64,000 nt of DNA from Planctomycetota bacterium. Its GTDB lineage: Bacteria > Planctomycetota > SZUA-567 > H5-PLA8. The position numbers were made by a program, and so were the translations under genes. The number at the start of each line of letters is the position of its first letter. Position 1 is the first letter of the stretch. Below, in pieces: positions 52,474 through 61,338 of the stretch. The notes beneath the pieces were generated by a model. It had not been told where the DNA came from. It saw nothing but the letters and a program-made list of their open reading frames with translations, and did no database searches. The stretch lies in NCBI GenBank assembly GCA_023150555.1, contig JAKLKQ010000028.1:9764-73763 (forward strand), in the 5' to 3' direction.

Positions 52474-52513
52474 TTCCATAGGCCCGTCGCTGCGGGTCCC
52501 GCGGAGAAGACAG

Positions 52514-52536
52514 TGAAATCACTGTGGTCTCTGCGT
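52514..52536. repeat. Short intergenic repeat GAAATCAC-TGTGGTCTCTG
   Basis: It contains CTGTGGTCTCTG (52521-52532), the exact reverse complement of CAGAGACCACAG at 40555-40566, preceded by the same GAAATCAC. Confidence 0.45.
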
Positions 52537-52579
52537 GTCCCGCGGCGAGAATGACGTTCAAAGAAAAGGAGGCACACGA

Positions 52580-53389
52580 GTGCTACCCAACGAAGGCCTG
52601 CACGACTACTCCGTCGCGGCGGAGTTCTACGACGGCGTCAAGGCGTACGAAGAACGCCCCGATGTCCAGTTCTTCGTCGATGCCGCGGCCGCCGCCGGCG
52701 GCCCGGTGCTCGAGGTCGGATGCGGCACGGGGCGGGTATTGCTGCCCTGTGCCCGCGCCGGTGCCCGCATGACCGGCCTGGACCTCAGTGACGGGATGCT
52801 GAAGGTCCTGCACGCGAAACTCGAGAAGGAACCTGCCGAGGTGCGCGCGCGCGTCAACATCGTGAAGGGCGATATGCGCGCGTTCGAGCTGAACGAACGC
52901 TTCTCGCTCGCGACGATCCCTTTCCGCCCGTTCCAGCACCTGCTGACGGTGCCCGAGCAGCGCGCGTGCCTGCAAAGTATCCGCAAGCATCTTCTGCCGG
53001 GCGGGCGGCTGATTCTGGATGTCTACGACCCGAACCTGAAGCTGCTGCTCGACGAACGCCGGAAGCAGGAATCCGGCGTCGAAGCCTGTTTCGACCTGCC
53101 CGGCGGGCGCAAGGTGGAGCGGCGCTTCCGCGTCGCGGCCGTGCACTTCTGCCGGCAGGTGCAGGACGTCGAACTGATCTACTACGTCACGCATTCGGAC
53201 GGCACGCAGGAACGCATCGTCGACGCGTTCCCGATGCGCTACTTCTTCCGCTACGAGATGCAGAACCTGCTGGAGAGCGAAGGCTTCGTGATCGAGGCGC
53301 TGTACGGCGACTACAAAAGGACGCCGCGCGACGCGATGCCTGGCGACGCCCTGTGCGAGTTGGTCTTCATGGCGAAAAAGGAGGGCTGA
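52580..53389 (+). CDS. Class I SAM-dependent methyltransferase
   Basis: AAAGGAGG lies 7 nt before GTG 52580 (the track start is 52535). VLEVGCGTGRVLLP is motif I, followed by LDLSDGML. Confidence 0.8.
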   Translation: MLPNEGLHDYSVAAEFYDGVKAYEERPDVQFFVDAAAAAGGPVLEVGCGTGRVLLPCARAGARMTGLDLSDGMLKVLHAKLEKEPAEVRARVNIVKGDMRAFELNERFSLATIPFRPFQHLLTVPEQRACLQSIRKHLLPGGRLILDVYDPNLKLLLDERRKQESGVEACFDLPGGRKVERRFRVAAVHFCRQVQDVELIYYVTHSDGTQERIVDAFPMRYFFRYEMQNLLESEGFVIEALYGDYKRTPRDAMPGDALCELVFMAKKEG

Positions 53390-53401
53390 AGCCGGCGGGC
53401 G

Positions 53402-55267
53402 TCAGCGACGCGCTTCGGAGGGGATCTGCGACTCGACGGCCCGCGCGCCCTGGTCGTCGCCGGCGGCGCGGTAGACGTCGGCCAGCGCGTAGGCGACCTT
53501 GACGTAGTAGGGATTGACGAACTCGCTGCGCATCTTGGGCATGCGGGCCAGCGCGTTCTTCATGGGCAGCAGGGCTTCCCGGGGCTTCTTCAGCGCCATG
53601 GCCAGTGTTCCGCAGCGGATGGCGATCTCGGCGCCCTGGGAACCTTCGCCGGCGCATTCGACGGCTGCTTTCGCGGCCACGCCCAGCGCCATGTCCTTGC
53701 GCTCGAAGCGTTCGCACATGTCCATCTCCTGCAGGCGCAAGCGCGCCACCAGGTCCAGGCGTTTCGACTGTAGGTAAACGCGCGAGGCGGTCTCGAAGAA
53801 GCGGAACTGCTCCGCCGACTCCTTATGTACGTTCGCGAAGCCGCTGAGCAGTTCGTAGGTCAGGTCGGGAAATTCGGCGCAGTTGCGGTTCAGGAAGGCC
53901 CACTGCTTGCCCGCTTCGGCCACGCCGAAGCGTCCCCGGGACGCCGCATCGGCCACCGCCCGCCAAGCGGCGCGGTGGAAGGGGTTGCGCGTCACGGCGG
54001 CGGCCAGCAGGCGGTAGGCCTCCTCCGGCGTCAATGCGTCTTCGAATTCGGTCGCGACCCGTCGCAGCAGTTCGGCGTCGGCGAAGGCGCTTTCGCCCTT
54101 CAAGGCCTTTAGCATCAGCGCGAGCGCGTAATCGCTGCTCGTGTCGCCGGTCTGCGGGCACATTACCTTGGCGAGGAAGTAATTGTCGAAACCGTAGCGC
54201 CCGCAATCCTCGATGCGGTAGCCGCGCTGGTCCTTCACGACCCAGCCGACCCAAGCATGGTGGATGCTGGCATTGCCCTGCCCGCACGCGACGTACGCGG
54301 GAATGCCGTTGGCGCGGCAGACCGAGCGCGCGAAGTAGGCCTGGTCCCGGCAGACGCCCCCGTAGGTCTTCAGGTTCTCGAGCGTGTACGGCTTGCCCTT
54401 CAGTTTGCCGAGCTCGTTGTCCAGTTTCGACATGTCGTACACGATGCGCGAGTAGCAGCGCCCCAGCACCGGATCGAATTTGAAGTTGGCCTGCGCCCAG
54501 TCCCGTTCCTTAAGCGGCGTTGCGTCGGCGGCGACGTAGATGAGGAGCTGCCACGGCGCGTCCTTGAACCAGGGGCTCATGCGCCCAAGGTTCGACACCA
54601 TCCAGCCGAAGCTTTCTTCCGGCGCAGGCGCGCGGTATTCCAGGGCCTGGCCCAGTTCCGGGATGATCCGCGCGTGGTTGTACGAGGGCACGTGCGGGTC
54701 GTCCCACACGCAAGCGAAGGCGATCAACAGCTGCTCCATAGATGCGCTTTCGGCGGGGTATTTGGCGCGGATCGTGAGCGCCACCTTGGCGGCTTCGGGC
54801 ATGCAATCCCACCTCGGATCGAGACAGAAGAGCAGGCGCCGGCGCGTCTCCGGCGACTCCTTGAACCAGTTCTCCACCGCCGCGGCGTCGCCCGCCTCCA
54901 GCGGCGCGTGCGCGCGGTACTCGGCCTGGCGTTGCAGGCCCAGGAAAACCAGTTGTTCCTCGTAGGTCCACGGGTCAGGGTTCTTCTCGCGTTCGGCCTG
55001 CCACGCTTCGAGCACCTTGCGCGGGTCGCGCTCGCCGTCGTCCGGCTGGTCGCGCCCCAGCAGGCGGAACTCCTGAAGAGCGAGGTAGGCGGCCAGCAAT
55101 TCCTTCATCGACCCGGCGTTGGCGGGATCGACCTTTCTGGCCAGCTCGACGATGCGCGTGCGTGCGGCCTTGGCGTCGGGCGGGGCCGGGGCGGAGGCGG
55201 GGGCCTCGCCTGCGAACAGGCCGCAGGAGGCGGCGAGAGCAAGGAACAGGATCGCGACCCGTTTCAT
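53402..55267 (-). CDS. Secreted transglutaminase-like cysteine protease-fold protein with TPR-like C-terminal half
   Basis: Signal peptide MKRVAILFLALAASCGLFAG. GGVCRDQAYFARSVCRANGIPAYV ... HHAWVGWVV is the transglutaminase-core Cys/His pattern. Confidence 0.8.
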   Translation of the reverse strand: MKRVAILFLALAASCGLFAGEAPASAPAPPDAKAARTRIVELARKVDPANAGSMKELLAAYLALQEFRLLGRDQPDDGERDPRKVLEAWQAEREKNPDPWTYEEQLVFLGLQRQAEYRAHAPLEAGDAAAVENWFKESPETRRRLLFCLDPRWDCMPEAAKVALTIRAKYPAESASMEQLLIAFACVWDDPHVPSYNHARIIPELGQALEYRAPAPEESFGWMVSNLGRMSPWFKDAPWQLLIYVAADATPLKERDWAQANFKFDPVLGRCYSRIVYDMSKLDNELGKLKGKPYTLENLKTYGGVCRDQAYFARSVCRANGIPAYVACGQGNASIHHAWVGWVVKDQRGYRIEDCGRYGFDNYFLAKVMCPQTGDTSSDYALALMLKALKGESAFADAELLRRVATEFEDALTPEEAYRLLAAAVTRNPFHRAAWRAVADAASRGRFGVAEAGKQWAFLNRNCAEFPDLTYELLSGFANVHKESAEQFRFFETASRVYLQSKRLDLVARLRLQEMDMCERFERKDMALGVAAKAAVECAGEGSQGAEIAIRCGTLAMALKKPREALLPMKNALARMPKMRSEFVNPYYVKVAYALADVYRAAGDDQGARAVESQIPSEARR

Positions 55268-55409
55268 ATGTTTTTCCGGGGTGTCCGGCAGTCTGGCTAC
55301 ATGCTACTACGACTTACGCGAGTTTGCGTTTGCGCCAAAGATTGAAAATCCAGCCTCGAGATGCACCCGTGCGTGGGTGGGGGCGCCCGGTGTGCCTCCT
55401 TATAGTATA

Positions 55410-56930
55410 TTACGGATCCGGCTGCACCAGCACACCGTCGGCGACGGCGTGATCGAGTTCCACCACGCTGCCGTCGGCGCGTTCGACGACCCAACGGTTG
55501 GCGGCGACGTTGCGCGGGCGCAGCTTGATGCGTTCGCCCTTCTTCAGCGGCGTATAGGTGGCCGCCGCGGGCTTGACCTCGACGATCGTGCCGCCCTGGT
55601 CCTTGCGCAGCAGGCTGACCATCACCGGCTGGCCCGAATGGGTGTCGACGAAGTCCGGCGGGATCTCGCTGCCGTGCGGGTCCTTCAGCGGGTGGCCCAG
55701 GATGTGGTCGATGTAGTCGACGCTGGCCTCTTCGTGCAGATGTTCGAGCTTGTGCGCCTGCCCGTGCAGCTCGGCTTCGGGCGTGCCGACCTGTGAGAGG
55801 TACGTCTCCCACAGGCGGTGCGCGCGCTGCAAGCGCCGCGCCTGCAGCGTGCCCTGTTCGGTCAGCGCGTAGCCTTCGGCACGCGCCTCCAGCAGGCCGT
55901 CCTGCACCAGGCGCTTGACGGCGCGCAGCGTGGCGCGGGGTTCGTGGCCCAGGCCGTCGCGCAGTTCGCCCGCCGAGACTGCGCGCGCGCCGGCCTTCAG
56001 CACCAGCCCGAGGATGTCCTCCACCAGTTCCTGCGGCAGCATGCGCCGCCGCCGCAGCCACCCGGCCAACAGCCCGTAGCGCGGCGCGATCACCAGCACG
56101 ACCAGGAACTGCAGCGAGCAGAAGAGCATGATCGCCGCGCCGCCGCTGGAGTCGATGGCGTACGCCAGGTACAGGCCGCCGACGACGCTGCTGGCGGCGA
56201 AGCCCGCGGCCAGCCACATCATGCGCTGCAGGCGGTCGGTCAGCAGGTAGGCGGTGGCCGCCGGCGTGATCATCAGGCCGACGACGAGGATCAGGCCGAC
56301 CATGCTGATGCCGCTGACGACGACCAGCGAAACGCACGTCGTCAGCGCGTAGTCGATCAAGAGCACCGGCAGGCCCAGCGCCGCGGCCAGCACGGGGTCG
56401 AAGCTCGCGATCTGAAAGTGACGGAAGAAGAGGATGACCAGGCTCAGCACCAGGGCCGAAGCGATGGCGCTGGCGCGCAGGTCGTCGTCGGCCACGCCCA
56501 GCACGTCGCCCATGATGAAGTGATACAGGTCGATGTGGATCTCGCTGCTGTAGACGGTCACCAGTACCGCGCCGGCGGCGAAGAGTCCCGTGTACATCAC
56601 GCCGATGGCCGTGTCCTCCTTGATGCGGCTGACGCGCGAGACGAAGCCGATCATCGCCACCGCCAGCACGCTGGCGATCAGCGCGCCCACCAGCATCCCG
56701 CCGGCGTGCGCCTCCTCGTGGAAGAAGAACTTCATCACCAGGTAGCCGCCGGCGACGCCCGCGAGCATGATGTGCGACAGCGCGTCGCCCAGGAACGCCA
56801 TGCGCCGCAGGATCACCAGGCACCCGACCACCGCGCAGACGACGGCGACCAGCGTGCCGCCCAGCAGCGCCTTCAGGAAAAACTCCTGGTGCAGCGGCGC
56901 GACGAAAGTGTGTTCGAGCCATGCGTTCAT
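55410..56930 (-). CDS. ABC-3 family metal (Mn/Zn/Fe) permease fused to a C-terminal DtxR-type wHTH + dimerisation + FeoA/SH3 module
   Basis: Start at ATG 56930, overlapping the ATPase stop (ATGA). The permease part is LLGGTLVAVVCAVVGCLVILRRMAFLGDALSH... The C-terminal ~200 aa are LRAVKRLVQDGLLEARAEGYALTEQG..RAHRLWETYL (DtxR-like) plus GQPVMVSLL...GERIKL (FeoA-like). Confidence 0.8.
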   Translation of the reverse strand: MNAWLEHTFVAPLHQEFFLKALLGGTLVAVVCAVVGCLVILRRMAFLGDALSHIMLAGVAGGYLVMKFFFHEEAHAGGMLVGALIASVLAVAMIGFVSRVSRIKEDTAIGVMYTGLFAAGAVLVTVYSSEIHIDLYHFIMGDVLGVADDDLRASAIASALVLSLVILFFRHFQIASFDPVLAAALGLPVLLIDYALTTCVSLVVVSGISMVGLILVVGLMITPAATAYLLTDRLQRMMWLAAGFAASSVVGGLYLAYAIDSSGGAAIMLFCSLQFLVVLVIAPRYGLLAGWLRRRRMLPQELVEDILGLVLKAGARAVSAGELRDGLGHEPRATLRAVKRLVQDGLLEARAEGYALTEQGTLQARRLQRAHRLWETYLSQVGTPEAELHGQAHKLEHLHEEASVDYIDHILGHPLKDPHGSEIPPDFVDTHSGQPVMVSLLRKDQGGTIVEVKPAAATYTPLKKGERIKLRPRNVAANRWVVERADGSVVELDHAVADGVLVQPDP

Positions 56931-57733
56931 GGCGCGGCGCCCTCGCGGGCCTTGCGCGCGGCTTCCTCGCGCAGGTGTTCGAACGCGCGCAGGCGGCCCT
57001 CGTAGACCTCGCTCAGCAGGTCCTCGCGCAGCACCTGCGCCGGCGTGCCGTAGGCGAACAGGCGCTGCTTGACCAGCAGCAGCTTGTCGAAGTACTCGGC
57101 GGCGGTGACCAAGTCGTGGTGCACCACAACCAGCGTGCGGCCCTGCCCCTTCGCGCTGTGCAGCACGTCCAGCAGCGCGCGCTCGGTGCTCGCGTCCACG
57201 CCCGCGAAGGGCTCGTCGAGCAACAGGACCTCGCCGCCCTGCGCCAGCGCACGCGCCATGAAGACGCGCTGCTGCTGGCCGCCGCTGAGCTGCCCGATCT
57301 GCCGGTCGGCGAACTCGCTCATACGCACCATCTCCAGCGCCGCGTCGACGGCCTGGCGGTCGGCGGTGCCGGGGTCCTGCCACCAGCGCAGGTGCCCGTA
57401 GCGTCCCATCATCACCACCTCGCGCACCGTGACCGGGAAGTCCCAGTCCACCGCGCCGCGCTGTGGCACGTAGGCGATGCGCCCGATGGCGTGCTCGGCG
57501 GGCGTGCCGAGGATCTTGATCTGCCCCACGTCGCGCTTCACGAAGCCCAGCAGTGCCTTGATGAAGGTGCTCTTGCCCGCGCCGTTGGGCCCGATCACGC
57601 CGACCAGAACGCCGGGCTCGATCGCGACGCTGACGTCCAGCAGCGCGGGGCGCGGCCCGTAGCTAACGGTCAGGTGCTGCACTTCGATGGCCGGCGTTGT
57701 GGCCGTGCGCGCGCCGCTGGTGCTAATGGCCAT
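56927..57733 (-). CDS. Metal ABC transporter ATP-binding protein
   Basis: AAGGAGG lies 9 nt before ATG 57733. GPNGAGKST (Walker A), LSGGQQQRV (signature) and LLLDEP (Walker B). Confidence 0.85.
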   Translation of the reverse strand: MAISTSGARTATTPAIEVQHLTVSYGPRPALLDVSVAIEPGVLVGVIGPNGAGKSTFIKALLGFVKRDVGQIKILGTPAEHAIGRIAYVPQRGAVDWDFPVTVREVVMMGRYGHLRWWQDPGTADRQAVDAALEMVRMSEFADRQIGQLSGGQQQRVFMARALAQGGEVLLLDEPFAGVDASTERALLDVLHSAKGQGRTLVVVHHDLVTAAEYFDKLLLVKQRLFAYGTPAQVLREDLLSEVYEGRLRAFEHLREEAARKAREGAAP

Positions 57734-58241
57734 GGGCATCGTCCTCCTTCGGCGCGGCAGGCTCGGGCACCGTGAGCGTAAAGGTCCCTTCCACGGCCGT
57801 GCCGGCGACGGACCAGAGCGTCTGCTCCGCGCCGTCCAGCGCCTGCCCGTCGCGCAGCACGCGCACGCGCACGGCGTTGGCACGGTTGATCGTATCCGCC
57901 GGCGGATTGGCCGAAACGTAGAACTCGTTGAGGCCGATCACGACGCCTTCCAGCGGCGAAACGAGCACCGGCTTGCCGGCCTCGAGCTTCTTCGTCTCCC
58001 GCAGCACCTCCTTGCCCTTCAGCTTCACGACCAGCGCGGGCTTGGCGTCGCCATCTCCCAGGTCCAGCGCGAAGGCGTCGGGCGCGAGGCCGAACGAGGG
58101 CGTGACTTCCAGCGCGTAGACGCCCTGCGCCTTGCGTTCGACGTAGGCCTCGGGCGGCGGCGGCGGCGCGCGCCGTTCGAGGTACAGGTGCACGCCGCCG
58201 GCGATCACGACCCACGCCAGGAGGGCGCCCAGGATGCGCAT
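57723..58241 (-). CDS. N-terminally anchored periplasmic protein of unknown function inside the metal ABC operon
   Basis: GGAAAGGAA RBS. MRILGALLAWVVIAGGVHLYL is the TM anchor. The body is beta-rich and the C-terminus ends EDDAHGH. The stop overlaps the ATPase start. Confidence 0.65.
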   Translation of the reverse strand: MRILGALLAWVVIAGGVHLYLERRAPPPPPEAYVERKAQGVYALEVTPSFGLAPDAFALDLGDGDAKPALVVKLKGKEVLRETKKLEAGKPVLVSPLEGVVIGLNEFYVSANPPADTINRANAVRVRVLRDGQALDGAEQTLWSVAGTAVEGTFTLTVPEPAAPKEDDAHGH

Positions 58242-58256
58242 TGTTCGTTCCTTTCC

Positions 58257-59171
58257 CTACTTCAGCGCGTGGACGATGGTCAGCACGTTCTCGCGCATCA
58301 TGCCGACGTAGGTCTCGCCGGCGGTGCCGGCCGCGCCCATGCTGTCGCTGTACAGCTCGCCGCCGACCTCGACGCCGGCCTCGCGCGCGATCTCGCGGAT
58401 CAGCTTCGGGTTGACGGACGTCTCGACGAAGATCGCTTTCACGCCGAACGACTTGATCGACTCGACGACCTTGCGCCGGCGTTCGGGCGTCATACCGCCG
58501 CCGACTTCGCTGCCCGTCGACCAGCCCACGGGGGCCTCGTTGCGGAAGCCGTACGCCTTCGAGAAGTAGTTGAAGGCGTCGTGGCTGGTGACGAGGATGC
58601 GGCGTTCGGGCGCGATCGCGTTGAACTGCTCGCGGATCCACGCGTCGAGCACCTTCAGCTGCTTGAGGTACAGCTGCGCGCGCGCGATGTACTGCTCCTT
58701 GCCGTCGGGATCGAGCTTCAACACGGCCTTGACGATGTTGTTCACGTACAGCGCGGCGTTTTCGCAGCTGAACCACGAGTGCGGGTCGCTTACTTTTTCG
58801 CCGCCCTCGTCGAGCACCAGCGGCTCGATTCCGTCGGTGCAGGTGACGATCGGCTTGCCGGCCTTCTCGGCCAGCGTGGCCATCCAGTTCTTGCCTTCCA
58901 GGTGCAGGCCGTTCTGCAGGCACAGGTCGGCGGTGGAAACGGTCTCGGCGTCGCTGGGCTTGGGCGAGTACGTGTGCGGGTCGGCGCCGGGCGCGAGGAT
59001 GCACTTCACCACGCAGCGGTCGCCGGCGACCTGCCGCGCGAAGTCGGCGATCTGCGTCGTCGAGGCCACCAGGACAAGCTTGCGCTTCTCCGCGCCTTCG
59101 TGGTCGTCGCCGGCTCGGGCCGCCAGCGTTGCGCACAGCATCAGGGAAAGCAGCAGCAACAGTCTGTTCAT
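58257..59171 (-). CDS. Cluster A-I metal-binding SBP (PsaA/MntC/TroA type; ligand pattern suggests Mn/Fe)
   Basis: AGGAGAGG RBS before ATG 59171. Signal peptide MNRLLLLLSLMLCATLAARA. Ligand motifs are GADPHTY, SDPHSWF, FVETSV and LYSDSMG (His, His, Glu, Asp). Confidence 0.9.
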   Translation of the reverse strand: MNRLLLLLSLMLCATLAARAGDDHEGAEKRKLVLVASTTQIADFARQVAGDRCVVKCILAPGADPHTYSPKPSDAETVSTADLCLQNGLHLEGKNWMATLAEKAGKPIVTCTDGIEPLVLDEGGEKVSDPHSWFSCENAALYVNNIVKAVLKLDPDGKEQYIARAQLYLKQLKVLDAWIREQFNAIAPERRILVTSHDAFNYFSKAYGFRNEAPVGWSTGSEVGGGMTPERRRKVVESIKSFGVKAIFVETSVNPKLIREIAREAGVEVGGELYSDSMGAAGTAGETYVGMMRENVLTIVHALK

Positions 59172-59322
59172 CGGTACCTCTCCTATGAAGGGTTGCGTCC
59201 CAGCGCGAAGGGCCGGGCCGCCGTCGAAGATTGTCGGCTCGAACACATTCCCAATCCGAATCCAGGGTCCTTTCGCAACGTCTTCCGGCTTGAAGCTCTT
59301 GCCAATCGGTTCGCATCCGCTC

Positions 59323-60678
59323 CTAAAAGCTCAACGCCCAGCGGAGGCCGGCCACATGAGCGTCCCGAGCGCCCTGCTCGCCGTTGGGATGCCGTACGAA
59401 CTGGTAATTCGGCTGGAGCAGAAGGAACGCGTTGACCTGCGCGTTGTACACCACCTCGATGACGGTCTCGTGCGTGCGGTCCTCCGCGCGTTTGAGCCTC
59501 TGCGCGAAGTCCGCATGGCAGGTGAAGACGCCCAAAACGTCTTCGTCGCGGCCGGGAAAGAGCCCGTTGTAGACCAACCCGCCACCGAAATACCGGGAGA
59601 CCTCGTTGCGGCCGTCCGGAGCCCATGCGAACTGGAAGAAGGCGCTCAGGCCCTGCGCGCCGTCCTCGGTCTCCTTGAAGAGCATCTGGTCGAAGGTCGC
59701 GTACAAGCCGTTGTTGCTCGAGAAGCGCTTCAAGGCCGGCGGCGGCGGATCGCCCGGCTGCGGCTCGGGGAAGAAGGGCACTTCGTCTGCGCCGCCCGTG
59801 CTGTACCACGCCCCGAAGCGGTAGGTGCCGGGCAGGCCGGGGACCCAGCGCGCCGTGTGGACCTGCGCTTCGAAGAGCCCGACGTGCCCGCCGTCGCGGC
59901 TGAGCATCGCCGGACCGCCGGAGATCGAATCGCTGTTGGGCGCCGCGTCGAAGATGCCCGCCTGCAACGTGAGCCACTCGGCGGGCTTCCCGAACAGGGC
60001 GAAGCCGAGCCCGTTGTCCGGATAACTGGGGAAGGCCAGGCTGGGAAAGAAGCCGGCGGAGGACTGCAGGAAATAGCCGCCGTTCTCGGTGGCCGCGAAG
60101 TCGGCGTTGCCATCCATCTTGCCGGCCTTGAAGGCGAGTTTGTCGTCGAAGAACGACTGACGAAACCAGTATTCCATGAGCCGGTCGTAGCGGTTGGGGT
60201 CCGCTTCGAGGTAGGTGATGGCCTGAAACGCGCCCGCATGGTCCGCGGTGACGCCGTGTCCGTGCAGGTGCTGGTAGTAAAAGAAGAACGTGCCGCCGTT
60301 CCAGCCGCCCATCTTCTCGACATTCAATTCGGCGGTCAGCTCGACCGATCCCAGGTACTCCGTCGCGCCATTCGTATTCGCGCCGCCGCGCGTGTTTGAC
60401 ATGAGTTCGCCGGTGTAAACGAGGGCCAGGTCGGCGCCCCGGTCCGAGAGCCACCGGCGGCCGCCACACCAGCCGCCGGCAAGGTGCGCCCCGTTCCACC
60501 AATCCTCGGCGTTCCGAATGGGCCGGCTCTCCTGCCCTTCCGTGCCGTGGTGCTCGTGGGTCTGGTGCGCGGGGCCGTGCTGGTGGTCGCCCTCGGCGGC
60601 CCGGGCGAGGTCTTCGCCCAGGAGCGACAACACGATGCCGAGCACCCATAAGTTTGTCGCGGCTAACTTGTTAGTCAC
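59323..60678 (-). CDS. OprB-family (carbohydrate-selective-type) outer-membrane porin with His-rich N-terminal segment
   Basis: GGGGAGAG RBS before the GTG start. The signal peptide ends ARA-AEG. The mature N-terminus is GDHQHGPAHQTHEHHGTEG. The body (WWNGAHLAGGW..., LALVYTGE, FFFYYQHLHG, FFDDKLAFKAGKMD, ...FVRHP) is OprB-like. Confidence 0.8.
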   Translation of the reverse strand: MTNKLAATNLWVLGIVLSLLGEDLARAAEGDHQHGPAHQTHEHHGTEGQESRPIRNAEDWWNGAHLAGGWCGGRRWLSDRGADLALVYTGELMSNTRGGANTNGATEYLGSVELTAELNVEKMGGWNGGTFFFYYQHLHGHGVTADHAGAFQAITYLEADPNRYDRLMEYWFRQSFFDDKLAFKAGKMDGNADFAATENGGYFLQSSAGFFPSLAFPSYPDNGLGFALFGKPAEWLTLQAGIFDAAPNSDSISGGPAMLSRDGGHVGLFEAQVHTARWVPGLPGTYRFGAWYSTGGADEVPFFPEPQPGDPPPPALKRFSSNNGLYATFDQMLFKETEDGAQGLSAFFQFAWAPDGRNEVSRYFGGGLVYNGLFPGRDEDVLGVFTCHADFAQRLKRAEDRTHETVIEVVYNAQVNAFLLLQPNYQFVRHPNGEQGARDAHVAGLRWALSF

Positions 60679-60690
60679 GGCTAACTCTCC
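60659..60690. promoter_or_regulatory. Conserved GCTAAC-containing element at the 5' end of the porin gene (copy A)
   Basis: GCGGCTAACTT-GTTAGT-CACGGCTAACT. Blocks GCTAACTT (60662-60669) and CACGGCTAACT (60676-60686) are identical to copy B at 61322-61350. The half-site resembles the DtxR/IdeR box TTAGGTTAGCCTAACCTAA. Confidence 0.4.
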
Positions 60691-60708
60691 CCGGCGAAAA
60701 ACGCGCCG

Positions 60709-61338
60709 CTACACGCGGCTGGTCCAGCTTCGGCCCATGGCCCGCCGCAGCGCGGCGCTGGCCTTTGCGTCCTTGCCCCGGCCCTTGCGGAAACTCTTTC
60801 CGCTGCCGTTCACTTCCAGGTGGTCGATGAACTGCACCAGGCGCTCGACGGTCGCGTGGCTGATGGCGTGTTCCATCAGGCACGCGTCGTGCTCGGCCAG
60901 CTCCGCCGGCAGCTTCAGCACCTGGGTCAGGAAGCGCGTCAGCACGCGGTGCGTGCGGACCTGGTGCTCGGCGACGGCGCGCCCGTGTTCGGTCATCGTC
61001 ACGCCGCCGTAGGGCGTGTGGCGCACCAGGCCGCGGCGCTGCAGGCGCTGCACGGCTTTGCTTACACTGGGGCGCTTCACGTCCAGCGTCTCGGCGATGT
61101 GGCTGACGCGGCAGCTGCCTTCTTCGCGCGAGAGGCGGTAGATGGCCTCGATGTAGTCTTCCATGTTCGCGGACAGGGCGCGGCCGCCCGAGGCCGGGGC
61201 CGCCGCGCCGTCCGCGCGTGCCTTCCCGCTGCCGGACCTCCCGGTCTTGCCGCTCTTGCCCTTGCGTGCCGCCACGATTCGGAATCCTTTGCGCCGTTTT
61301 CGCCTGCCGCGATTGTTTCCTGCAGCTAACTTAACCAC
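60709..61338 (-). CDS. DtxR/MntR-family metal-dependent transcriptional regulator (start uncertain)
   Basis: MEDYIEAIYRLSREEGSCRVSHIAETLDVKRPSVSKAVQRLQRRGLV...HRVLTRFL is the DtxR/MntR wHTH plus metal-binding helix. The track ORF adds a 58-aa Lys/Arg/Gly-rich N-terminal extension from GTG 61338. Alternative starts are GTG 61275 and ATG 61164. Confidence 0.75.
   Translation of the reverse strand: MVKLAAGNNRGRRKRRKGFRIVAARKGKSGKTGRSGSGKARADGAAAPASGGRALSANMEDYIEAIYRLSREEGSCRVSHIAETLDVKRPSVSKAVQRLQRRGLVRHTPYGGVTMTEHGRAVAEHQVRTHRVLTRFLTQVLKLPAELAEHDACLMEHAISHATVERLVQFIDHLEVNGSGKSFRKGRGKDAKASAALRRAMGRSWTSRV

Noticed and set aside
57670-59435. Long ORFs on both strands (57670..59316 minus, 57687..59435 plus, 58570..60399 plus, 59183..60649 minus) across the metal-uptake locus
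   Set aside because: They are out of frame with, or antisense to, the SBP, accessory-protein and porin genes, which have diagnostic motifs. Their translations are low-complexity Arg/Ala/Gly.
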